Positions 11,286 to 19,948 of a DNA stretch of 64,000 nucleotides are shown in pieces. Both the position numbers and the translations under genes were made by a program. Under the pieces are notes generated by a model, which ran no database searches, had not been told where the DNA came from, and saw only the letters and a list, made by a program, of their open reading frames with translations. The stretch is from an uncultured Methanomicrobiales archaeon (lineage in GTDB: Archaea > Halobacteriota > Methanomicrobia > Methanomicrobiales > Methanospirillaceae). The stretch lies in contig OY969100.1 in NCBI GenBank assembly GCA_963697895.1, forward strand, positions 864,001 to 928,000. Reading direction: 5' to 3'. Each line of letters starts with the position of its first letter. Position 1 is the stretch's first letter.

Positions 11286-11972
11286 ATGCAGTTATTGGTC
11301 AGCCCGCAGAGTATCGAGGAGGCGAGGAATGCTCTGGCAGCTGATATCATCGATGTAAAAAAACCGTCCGAAGGGTCACTCGGTGCCAATTTTCCGTGGG
11401 TGGTCCGGGCAATCAGTGAAATTTCTCCAAAACCGGTGAGCGCCGCTATCGGTGACTTCGATTTCAAACCCGGAGGAGCAGCAATGGCCGCGTACGGGGC
11501 TGCCTGTGCCGGTGCACAATATATCAAGGTCGGACTGATGTTTGATGGAGCGGACCGTGCCCGCGAACTGATTGACGCAGTGGTAAAGGCAGTGAAGGAC
11601 GAATTTCCCGGGAAACAGGTGGTTATCGCCGCATATGGGGATCATAAACGACTGGGGACCATCTCCCCGTTTGCGATGGCGCCGCTTGCCGCCCGTGCCG
11701 GTGCCGATATCGCGATGATCGATACTGGAATAAAAGACGGGAAAAGTCTCTTCTCATTCATGGACGAGACGATGCTATCCTCATTTACCCGGACAAACAT
11801 GGCGCTCGGGATCGGGACGGCCCTCGCCGGTTCCCTAACCTTCGATGACATCCAGCCACTTCGTCGGATTGCTCCCGATATCATCGGGGTTCGGGGAATG
11901 GTCTGTGGTGGAGACAGGAATGCCATGATACAGGAAGATCTGGTTACTGCGGCGATCAGGATGGTCAGGTGA
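11286..11972 (+). CDS. mfnB: (5-formylfuran-3-yl)methyl phosphate synthase (methanofuran biosynthesis)
   Basis: LLVSP..EEA, ADIIDVKKPSEGSLGANFPW, VSAAIGD, YIKVGL, MIDTGIKDG, ALAGSL, IIGVRGMVC. Confidence 0.93.
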   Translation: MQLLVSPQSIEEARNALAADIIDVKKPSEGSLGANFPWVVRAISEISPKPVSAAIGDFDFKPGGAAMAAYGAACAGAQYIKVGLMFDGADRARELIDAVVKAVKDEFPGKQVVIAAYGDHKRLGTISPFAMAPLAARAGADIAMIDTGIKDGKSLFSFMDETMLSSFTRTNMALGIGTALAGSLTFDDIQPLRRIAPDIIGVRGMVCGGDRNAMIQEDLVTAAIRMVR

Positions 11973-11976
11973 CAAG

Positions 11977-13443
11977 ATGTTTGTTGAAAAATTTGATGTA
12001 CCGTTATCGCTCACCTTCGATGACGTACTGCTCGAACCTGCGGAATCAGTAATCGAGCCGGATGAAGCAGACACGAGGTCGCGGTTCTCCCGGAACATTC
12101 CCCTGAATATCCCCCTGGTCAGCTCTGCGATGGATACGGTTACCGAGGCCCCAATGGCCATCGCCCTCGCGCGGGAAGGAGGGATTGGGGTCATTCACCG
12201 GAATCTCTCTCCGGAACAGGAGATAGACGAGGTCAGGGCCGTGAGGCGTGCAGAGGAACTGATCGAACGAAAAGTTGTCTCGGTCGGACCGGATGCAACC
12301 GTCTCTGATGTTGAGCGGCTGATGATCGAGCATGGCATCGGGGGTGTCCCGGTCGTCCAGGAAGGGAAGATCGTAGGGATTGTCAGCCGCCGGGATGTCC
12401 GGGCGATCGTCTCCCGCAGGGGCGGAGAGAATATCCAGACCATAATGACAAGGCGGCCGATCACCGCGGAAGAGAACATCACGATGGACCGGGCGCTTGA
12501 GGTGATGTATACGAACAAGGTAGAGCGGCTCCCGGTTGTGAATGCCGAAGGGAAGCTGCTCGGCATCATCACCATGCAGGATCTCCTCGAAAAGCGCCAA
12601 TATCCGCAGGCAACCCGGGACAGCACCGGGAACCTCCGGGTCGCGGCCGCTGTCGGTCCGTTTGATTTTGAACGTGCGATGAACCTCGATGCTGCCGGTG
12701 TCGATGCAATTGTCGTCGACTGTGCCCACGGGCATAATATGAAGGTGGTCAGATCGGTCGGGGAGATCAAGGGAAGCGTAAAGGCAGATGTGATCGCGGG
12801 AAATATCGCGACCGGGAAGGCGGCAAAGGAATATATAGACATCGTCGATGGTATCAAGGTCGGGATCGGACCCGGATCGATCTGCACGACCCGGATCGTG
12901 GCAGGTGTCGGAGTCCCGCAGATCACGGCGATCGCCCAGGTTGCGGAGGTTGTGTCCCCGGCAGGAATCCCCCTGATAGCCGACGGGGGTATTCGTTTCA
13001 GCGGCGATGTTGCCAAGGCGCTTGCGGCAGGTGCAGACTCCGTGATGATCGGGAGCCTCTTTGCAGGGACCGATGAATCTCCCGGCCGTGTCATAACGAT
13101 GAAAGGCAGGCGGTACAAACAATACCGGGGCATGGGATCCCTGGGGGTCATGAGTGGGGGGATCTCGAGTGACCGGTACTTCCAGAAGAAGGATATCGGG
13201 AAGACAAAATTCGTCCCTGAGGGGGTAGAGGGGGTAACCCCCTATGTCGGCAGGGTCTCGGACGTGATATACCAGCTCATCGGTGGCCTGAAGTCCTCGA
13301 TGGGATACACGGGTTCGCGAACGGTGGAAGACATGCGGATGAAGACACGATTTGTCCGGATCACCCATTCCGGGTATATCGAGAGCCACCCCCACAATAT
13401 CCTGATAACTGACGAGGCCCCGAATTACCGGTTACCTGAGTAA
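11977..13443 (+). CDS. guaB: IMP dehydrogenase with CBS pair
   Basis: LTFDDVLLEP, SSAMDTVTE, KVGIGPGSICTTR, ADGGIR, YRGMGS, PEGVEG. Confidence 0.97.
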   Translation: MFVEKFDVPLSLTFDDVLLEPAESVIEPDEADTRSRFSRNIPLNIPLVSSAMDTVTEAPMAIALAREGGIGVIHRNLSPEQEIDEVRAVRRAEELIERKVVSVGPDATVSDVERLMIEHGIGGVPVVQEGKIVGIVSRRDVRAIVSRRGGENIQTIMTRRPITAEENITMDRALEVMYTNKVERLPVVNAEGKLLGIITMQDLLEKRQYPQATRDSTGNLRVAAAVGPFDFERAMNLDAAGVDAIVVDCAHGHNMKVVRSVGEIKGSVKADVIAGNIATGKAAKEYIDIVDGIKVGIGPGSICTTRIVAGVGVPQITAIAQVAEVVSPAGIPLIADGGIRFSGDVAKALAAGADSVMIGSLFAGTDESPGRVITMKGRRYKQYRGMGSLGVMSGGISSDRYFQKKDIGKTKFVPEGVEGVTPYVGRVSDVIYQLIGGLKSSMGYTGSRTVEDMRMKTRFVRITHSGYIESHPHNILITDEAPNYRLPE

Positions 13444-13551
13444 GAAGCAGAGACTCCTCCCCCAGCATCAATTTTACCGGTCACGATCTGTCTCGGGAAA
13501 ACTGAACCGATATCCTTTTAAATCTCTGTTCTGCTAAATGATATTTATCGT

Positions 13552-14526
13552 ATGAAAAGCGTCATTATCTCCTCTAAAAAAGAGGAGACGCCGAATATTA
13601 CCCAGTTTCTGAGGACAATTCCTTTCATACAGGAAGATTTTCCGACCATCACCCGGATCACCATCTCCATCCCGGACGAGGAGCTGGATGCCCTCCTGTC
13701 GAATATCCAGGAAGCACTCCGGTTCATGGATAAATCGACCCTAGTAGAGGTATATTCCCCGGAATTTGTAATATCACGCCAGATCGATGAGTGGAAAGAG
13801 GCAAAGACAGAAAAGAAAAAAGGGGCAAGGACAGCGGTTGAAAAGCTCCTCGATTCGGCCGAATCACAGGCGAGACCCAACTGGGATACCCTCATGTTTG
13901 CGATCATCGGAACCGAGGTTGCACTCATGGGGTTGTTTATCAACAGCATCGGGGTGATCATCGGGACGATGCTCATTTCTCCGCTCCTTGGACCCATCTC
14001 CGCGTTCGCGGTTACCACCTCGGCCGGATACACCCGGCTGGTGATATCGAGCGTCCGGACGCTGATGATCTACATCTTTGCCATCATCATCATCGCGTTC
14101 GTCACCACCTTCATCCTGTCGCTCTTTATGGAACTCCCAATCACCCCCGAGATACTGAGCCGGACCACTTCCAGTCCCATTTATATCGCGATGGCGATCA
14201 TGCTCGGAATAGCAGCGATAATCGCCCTCTCAAAAGAGATCCCGGACGCGATAACGGGGGTGGCAATCGGGGCGGCCCTGCTCCCCCCCGCAGTCGGTAC
14301 TGGGAATCACCGGGGCGATCTATCCCGAAGGAGTGGTCGGTGCATTTCTCCTCACCTTCGAGAACATTGTCGGTCTGATGATCGGGAGTGTCTCGGAGCC
14401 CTCATTCTTCGGATCGTTCCCCGTGGGTACCGGGAACAGATCGCCGCGAGAAAGATCATCGGGCGCACGCTCATTGTCCTTGTGATCCTCATACTGGCAC
14501 TGCTGGCACTGGTGCTGCTGACATGA
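13552..14526 (+). CDS. TIGR00341/DUF389 family membrane protein (internal compensating frameshift pair, about 14305-14396)
   Basis: IIGTMLISPLLGP, EILSRT, GVAIGAALLPP motifs; the alternative frame between the two indels reads GITGAIYPEGVVGAFLLTFENIVGLMIGS, the expected TM helix. Confidence 0.85.
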   Translation: MKSVIISSKKEETPNITQFLRTIPFIQEDFPTITRITISIPDEELDALLSNIQEALRFMDKSTLVEVYSPEFVISRQIDEWKEAKTEKKKGARTAVEKLLDSAESQARPNWDTLMFAIIGTEVALMGLFINSIGVIIGTMLISPLLGPISAFAVTTSAGYTRLVISSVRTLMIYIFAIIIIAFVTTFILSLFMELPITPEILSRTTSSPIYIAMAIMLGIAAIIALSKEIPDAITGVAIGAALLPPAVGTGNHRGDLSRRSGRCISPHLREHCRSDDRECLGALILRIVPRGYREQIAARKIIGRTLIVLVILILALLALVLLT

Positions 14527-14618
14527 AAGGAAAATACGATCCCCGTGTATGCGGATAGAATTTTCAGGTTTTTGATAATTTATTTCGATTCTCAGATATT
14601 GAGACCCCAAAACAATAC

Positions 14619-14650
14619 TATAAATGTCACCCAACCTAACATTATGTAAA
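14619..14650 (+). promoter_or_regulatory. TATA box (TATAAA 14619-14624) and candidate CTAAC-N5-GTAAA operator
   Basis: Read directly upstream of ATG 14654; resembles the Archaeoglobus HSR1 motif CTAAC-N5-GTTAG. Confidence 0.4.
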
Positions 14651-14653
14651 TAT

Positions 14654-15271
14654 ATGTTGGATCCTGTAGAGGTTTCACGTCTGCTCGATATCCTTGGCAA
14701 CCGGAACCGCAGACGTATCATCGAACTATTGCGACAGAAACCCTGTTTTGTTACCGAGATCTCTGACCGGCTGACGCTCTCCCCGAAGGCGGTCATCGAA
14801 CATCTCCAGATGATGGAGCGGGAAGAGATACTCTCGTTCCGTCTCGATGAACGGCGGCGGAAATATTACTATCTGGCAAACGATATCAGCATCATGTTAA
14901 GCCTCGAGAGGCAGGAGAACATCAAGATTATCCCGGTCACGGACCAGATGACCCGTTTCCGGACCTCCCTGCATATGCTCAACAGGATGGTTGCTGTCCG
15001 CGAGGACATAGCCTCCAGCCTGAAGTACCTTGATGCAGATATCGACCGCAAGATCCGGGAGATCATCGAGAGTGGGAACGAGATCCTCGGCAGCGAGAAG
15101 GAGACGGACCTTATCATAGCGCTTTCTCATTATCGCCTCGGGATAGATGACCTTCACGAATTAACCGGAATTCCGGTTGACGAGGTGCAGAAAGAACTTA
15201 AACTCCTGGTAGAGAAGAATATCGTCGAAAAAGACGGACCCGTGTTCAAATTACGAGGCATCCATGCCTGA
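14654..15271 (+). CDS. ArsR-family winged-HTH regulator (HSR1-like heat-shock regulator candidate)
   Basis: LLDILGNRNRRRIIELL..KPCFVTEIS..L.LSPKAVIEHL...RKYY, a coiled coil and a second wHTH at the C-terminus. Confidence 0.85.
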   Translation: MLDPVEVSRLLDILGNRNRRRIIELLRQKPCFVTEISDRLTLSPKAVIEHLQMMEREEILSFRLDERRRKYYYLANDISIMLSLERQENIKIIPVTDQMTRFRTSLHMLNRMVAVREDIASSLKYLDADIDRKIREIIESGNEILGSEKETDLIIALSHYRLGIDDLHELTGIPVDEVQKELKLLVEKNIVEKDGPVFKLRGIHA

Positions 15272-15695
15272 TAAAACCGATGAAAACCCCTATGAAGAGT
15301 TGATGAGACAGATCGCCCGGATTGTGGAAGATATCGTGAAAAGTCTCCCAGACCAGAAGAACGCCCGGTTCATCGGGTGTACCATCATATCGGGCACGAA
15401 CTCCGATGCGCCGAAGGTCTTTCATGTCAGAAGTGAGAAGCCGCCGGAGATCTCGTATGAAGTGATCGAAGCGGAAGACCGGATCTTCATCACCGCCCTG
15501 ATACCACCCGAGGTGCCCGCCCTTGCTTATGCCGATATAAGGCCGGATGCGGTCCATATCCGGGCAGGCAACCTGCAGGCCAGCATCACGCTCCAGAAAC
15601 CGATAGATGTCATCCACAGCTTCTACCGGGTGCGGCATGGAGTCATGGATATCGTCCTCTCAAAACCGAGGGTACGTGTCTCGGATGCCCGTTAA
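15264..15695 (+). CDS. Hsp20/alpha-crystallin-like (CS) domain protein
   Basis: Overlaps the regulator stop; YEVIE...IFITALIP...ITL..PID.....VRHGVMDIVL is alpha-crystallin-like. Confidence 0.7.
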   Translation: MPDKTDENPYEELMRQIARIVEDIVKSLPDQKNARFIGCTIISGTNSDAPKVFHVRSEKPPEISYEVIEAEDRIFITALIPPEVPALAYADIRPDAVHIRAGNLQASITLQKPIDVIHSFYRVRHGVMDIVLSKPRVRVSDAR

Positions 15696-15934
15696 ACGGA
15701 AAGAAAAGATACCAGATAATTCCCCCCCTTGAAAATGGAATTAAGTCTTTTCCTCAAATGAGAGGAGTACATCTCTCCAGTTTGGCATGCGATTTAGTCC
15801 ATAAGATGATGTAATAACCCTCCCATTCTTTTTATGTCCAGGGAAACACCAGCATCAAGGAAGTCCCTGACACACTGTGGTTTTGTGGGATCTGAAAAGT
15901 AAGGAAAAAGAATTTAATCTTTATATCGGGCCCG

Positions 15935-16414
15935 TCATGGCCCGGTAACATTGCACCACAGGACGTACGTCGTCTCGTTCCCGGTCACATTCTCGAAAGG
16001 CCGCCGGTAGATTCCGGAGAACTCCTGCAAGCCATTCTTTACGGTGAGGACTTCCCATGTATGAATTCCCCCGGCGCCGATAAGCCCTGATGTGGGTGGT
16101 ATGAAGGTGTCATTTGTAATCTGCAGCCCGTCGGTTACCGTAATGTTCCATGAATAGCCGGTTGTCGGGTTTTCCTGGAGCCATACGGTGAAGGTACTCC
16201 CGAGGGGAACTGCCACGGTCGTCCCGTTGGCGGATTCGTTGTACACATACATGATGGGCGTTGTAGTCGGCATCGGGGTCATGGTTGCAATCGTCGTCGC
16301 CGTAGTTGTCGGAGTCGGAGTTACCGGCGGGGTCACCGGCTGGGTACATCCCGCAACGAGGATGGCAGCAAGACAAAGAATTGCAACAGCGCCAAAAATC
16401 TTTAATTTTTGCAT
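15935..16414 (-). CDS. Chagasin / I42-family protease inhibitor lipoprotein
   Basis: Lipobox VAGC, Thr/Pro linker, LQENPTTGYSW, GAGG, YRRPF. Confidence 0.9.
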   Translation of the reverse strand: MQKLKIFGAVAILCLAAILVAGCTQPVTPPVTPTPTTTATTIATMTPMPTTTPIMYVYNESANGTTVAVPLGSTFTVWLQENPTTGYSWNITVTDGLQITNDTFIPPTSGLIGAGGIHTWEVLTVKNGLQEFSGIYRRPFENVTGNETTYVLWCNVTGP

Positions 16415-16756
16415 TTTCTACCTCAGGGAAATTTGGGCGGGATGAGGAAATATACGTTTCGAGATGCGATCTAAAAGAAATTTTGGAGGATACCTGTCCG
16501 GACACTAACTTGGAACTGCCAAACGCGATATGATGATGAATGGGTGAACGATCAGCTATGTACAGATGGCATCATCGATCCGATCCCGAAGGGATTTTTA
16601 AGCGCCAAAAGTTCTGGGAGAGTAGATTCAGGAAGAAAAGAGCCCGTTAGAATCCCTCCCTTCTGTTCAGGAATGTCCCGATACCCCCCTTCAGACGGAA
16701 TTTTTTTGAACCAGTTATTTTATCGTAACCAGATTTTTTTTCTGAAAAAAACCAGA

Positions 16757-18943
16757 TTACCCTGGTACATGTGTTTCCGGGGCAATCCACTCTGATATCT
16801 GTCGCTTTGCCGGTTTGTATTCACTGAACTGACGGAGGGGAACTGTCAGGTCTCGGGTGAATGCAAAATACCCAATCTGTGTATTTTTACAGAGTCTGCA
16901 TTGCCATATCCATCAGCCCCCGCGGGTCGGGACGGGATTCACCGAGCCAGATATGGAATATGTTACCACCATCGACAATCGGGAAAAAGACGTGTTCTAT
17001 GGCCATCCGCCTCGCAAGCGGGATGTTGGCGGAAGGGGCGACATGCGTGCCATTCGTATAGTAGACCGGGAGGTCCCTCGTAGTCCCGAGCTTCTCAAGC
17101 CCACACCTGAGATCTCCTTTGATAACCTTCCGCGCCGGATCCCGGAACTCCTTGTTCAGCAGGTCAGAGACCGCAAACCGCTGTCCGGTCGTCTCAGCGG
17201 GTGTCCGGGCAAGGGCAATCGTCATATGGTGACGCTTGGAGAGCTCCCGGGCATAGAACTCCATCTCGGTCATTGCCCGAACAGCGAGCCTGAATGCCTC
17301 CGGGGACTCGTGGAGCTGCATGCCGGTATGTGTCTGGACCATTTCGTTTACCCCGACAATCCCGATCGTGTAGACCAGGCTGTCGAGATCAACCCCTACA
17401 GCACCTCGTTCTCCGGTTATCGGATCTTTCGGGCGCTGCATAGCAAATGGCATCCGACCATGCGCCCGGATCAGATCCATCCAGCGGCGCTTGATCCGGA
17501 AGACTTCCACGCAGACATCCATGAGCGACTTCGAGCTCGGAAAAGAGACGTTCTGATCATCACCGTTCGCCCGGTATGCGGCTCGGGGGCAGTTAAGGGA
17601 GACCACCTGCCAGGAACCCATGCTGAAGTGCATCCCGTCTTTGAACCGGAGTTTCTCCTCGAATCCTTCATCCTCCTCCGCGACGGCAGAGAACTGGTAG
17701 GCACAACACTGGTAGCAGGAGATCCCTTTCCCCGCTCCCCGATATTCCGGCATCTGGTTGTCATAATACGGGGTTCCGAACTTGGATGCCAGCTCGAATG
17801 TCATGAGATAGAGATCACGGTACGTGGGAAGATCGGGGTGCTCCTGGTTGAACGCTTCATCCTCCTGCATGAAATCCGGCTCGATGCTGATCTCAGGCTT
17901 CGGGAAACTGAACGGCTTTCCCCAGTAGTCTCCCTCGAGCATCACCTCCATCAGCGCCTTGAAGAGGAGCCGCACCTCGCTTTCGAACTCTTTGTAGGTG
18001 CGGAGCGGTGCCGCTTCCCCGTCCCAGATCTTCCCCTTATATATGCAGGGTTTGTCTTTCCAGAGCGCCGGCACCCCGGGGCTGAGCTGTACAGATGAAA
18101 AGACGAGCTGGCCGCCACGGGCGACCATCATCTGGGTCATCTCGTAGACAAACATCTGCATCAGCTGCCGGATCTCATCATATGCCATTCCCTCGAAGAA
18201 CGGGGCGATGAAGGTGAGGAAATTATAATACCCCTGACCGCCGGCAAAATTTGTCTGTGCACTCCCGAGCGCCTTCACCGCGTGGAGAACCGCGACTTCA
18301 GCCCGCTTTGCCGGGCCGGCGACCGATGCCTTGGTGCCGTTTCCATCCGGCATCAGCCCGTAGTAAAAGAAATACCTGAGATCCCAGTCCTGGCAGAAGG
18401 GCCGGGTGCCAAAGTATTCGAGATCGTGGATATGGATATCCCCGGAGAGATGCCGGTCCGCAAGCGGCGGCGGGAGCTGGAGCAGGTACTGTTCCTTGCT
18501 GATCTTGTCTGCCTTTTTTTTATGCGAGGTCTCGGCATTTTCCTGGAGATTTGCATTATCCTTTGCCTCAAAGCCCCTCCCGACGTCGATCAGGTGTGCA
18601 TCATAGACCGGTGTTCCGACCCGGGTGCAGACGTTCCGGTACTGGACCATAGACTGTTCCAGGAGGGTGATATTGACGATCTCCCTTATGAGGGGACCAG
18701 AAAGGGAATGGAGGCCCATACGGAGGATCCGCTGTTCAACCAGCCGCGCGATCTCCTGGGCCGTCGCCTCATCTGCCCCGTCATGCCCATAGAAGATCCC
18801 GACGAGCTGGGTCTCCTCCAAAATCTGGCGTACTATCTGCTGGCGGTCCCATTCAACGATATGACCGTCCGTCGTCCGTACCGGGGGGACTGCGGGATGA
18901 ATAAACCATCAAGCGTTGTCTGTTTTGCCGAGCGGACCACCAT
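16757..18943 (-). CDS. nrdD: Class III (anaerobic) ribonucleoside-triphosphate reductase; frameshifted near 18885 and 16897; no glycyl-radical C-terminus
   Basis: ATP cone (VRTTDGHIVEWDRQQIVRQILEET...LSGPLIREIVN), GDIHIHDL, AQTNFAGGQG, FSFPKP, YQCC, TPAETT, YYTNG; ATG at 18943 overlaps the glutaredoxin TGA; the repaired C-terminus ends ...GYFAFTRDLTVPLRQFSEYKPAKRQISEWIAPETHVPG*. Confidence 0.9.
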
Positions 18944-19215
18944 CAAACACCCTTCATCAGCTGGTTCATCCGATCTTCCCGGACCTGCCCTCCCGAAAAA
19001 AGATCATTCGATATCAGAAATACAGACCGGTTCTGCAGGACCGGGGCTTCCTGTACGAAAACCCCGTTGATCCGGAGTTCGGTGAGGGATTCAGGGGTCG
19101 CCATATCCCGTTCAGAATAGGAAATGCCGTGTTCCGTCAGGAATCTTTTTAACAATTCGCAATTCGGGCAATCCTCAAGCGTGTATACGATCAGCTGCGG
19201 TGTATTATCTGTCAT
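18943..19215 (-). CDS. nrdH: NrdH-like glutaredoxin/thioredoxin
   Basis: IVYT...CPNC..LK.FL...GISY.ERDM...EAPVL; translationally coupled to nrdD; start moved to MTDNTP. Confidence 0.85.
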   Translation of the reverse strand: MTDNTPQLIVYTLEDCPNCELLKRFLTEHGISYSERDMATPESLTELRINGVFVQEAPVLQNRSVFLISNDLFSGGQVREDRMNQLMKGV

Positions 19216-19408
19216 GGTGTATCCCCCCGGATGTATGGTTATCTGTTCGTTCTGCTCCTCAAAAAAAATTTCTTCTTTTGATTCGGTCTGCACAGTGATA
19301 CAGGAATCTATCATTGCAGATCTCATCTGTCCGGTGGATATGATCATTGAGGATATTATAATCTCTGATAGCCTCCTGATCTGAAGAGAGAGAAGGAGAC
19401 GATATTCT

Positions 19409-19948
19409 GTGGTAAGGACATTCATTGCAATCGATCTGGCTCCCGAGGTCCGTGAACGGCTTTCGGAATCACAGGATACCCTGAAACAGTGCAGCGCCCG
19501 GCTTACCCTCGTCGATCCGGAAAACATCCATCTCACGCTCAAATTTCTCGGGGAGGTCTCCCCGGCCCAGATTGAACAAATAACGGGGGTGCTGCGGGAG
19601 ATAGCGGGGACTCCTTTCGATATCTCACTCGATTGCATTGTCGGGAATACCTCGTCGCGTCCCCGTGTCATCTGGTGTACCATTTCAGACGAGGGAGCGT
19701 GCACCTCCCTTGCGGGCCGGATCGAAGAGGCCCTCGCCCCCCTCGGGTTCAGGCGTGAAGATCGTCCCTTTACTCCGCACGTGACGGTGGCACGGGTCAG
19801 GAATTACGATCCCTCACTATCGCGGGCCCTGAAAGAAGTGGGAGCCCGGCGGCACGGTACCTGCAGGATAACCGGATTTTCCCTGAAAAAGAGCACCCTG
19901 ACCCCCCAGGGACCGATATATGAGGATATCGAGAAGGTGACCTGGTGA
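19409..19948 (+). CDS. thpR: RNA 2',3'-cyclic phosphodiesterase (LigT/2H family)
   Basis: RTFIAI, ENIHLTLKFLGE, PRVIW, RPFTPHVTVAR, STLTPQGPIY (two HxT motifs). Confidence 0.93.
   Translation: MVRTFIAIDLAPEVRERLSESQDTLKQCSARLTLVDPENIHLTLKFLGEVSPAQIEQITGVLREIAGTPFDISLDCIVGNTSSRPRVIWCTISDEGACTSLAGRIEEALAPLGFRREDRPFTPHVTVARVRNYDPSLSRALKEVGARRHGTCRITGFSLKKSTLTPQGPIYEDIEKVTW

Noticed and set aside
12046-13395. 449-aa antisense ORF (and 318-aa ORF 12195-13151) opposite guaB
   Set aside because: Shadow ORFs caused by codon bias in a GC-rich gene; no motifs, and fully overlapping a confident gene
15800-16570. ATGATG(A) motifs near 15806 and 16530 as C/D-box sRNAs
   Set aside because: Box spacing and D boxes do not fit the archaeal C-D'-C'-D layout
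16857-18098. 413-aa + strand ORF opposite nrdD
   Set aside because: Antisense shadow with no recognisable domain
19216-19704. Long N-terminal extension of the glutaredoxin ORF
   Set aside because: Overlaps thpR on the other strand and the divergent promoter; the real start is MTDNTP at 19215
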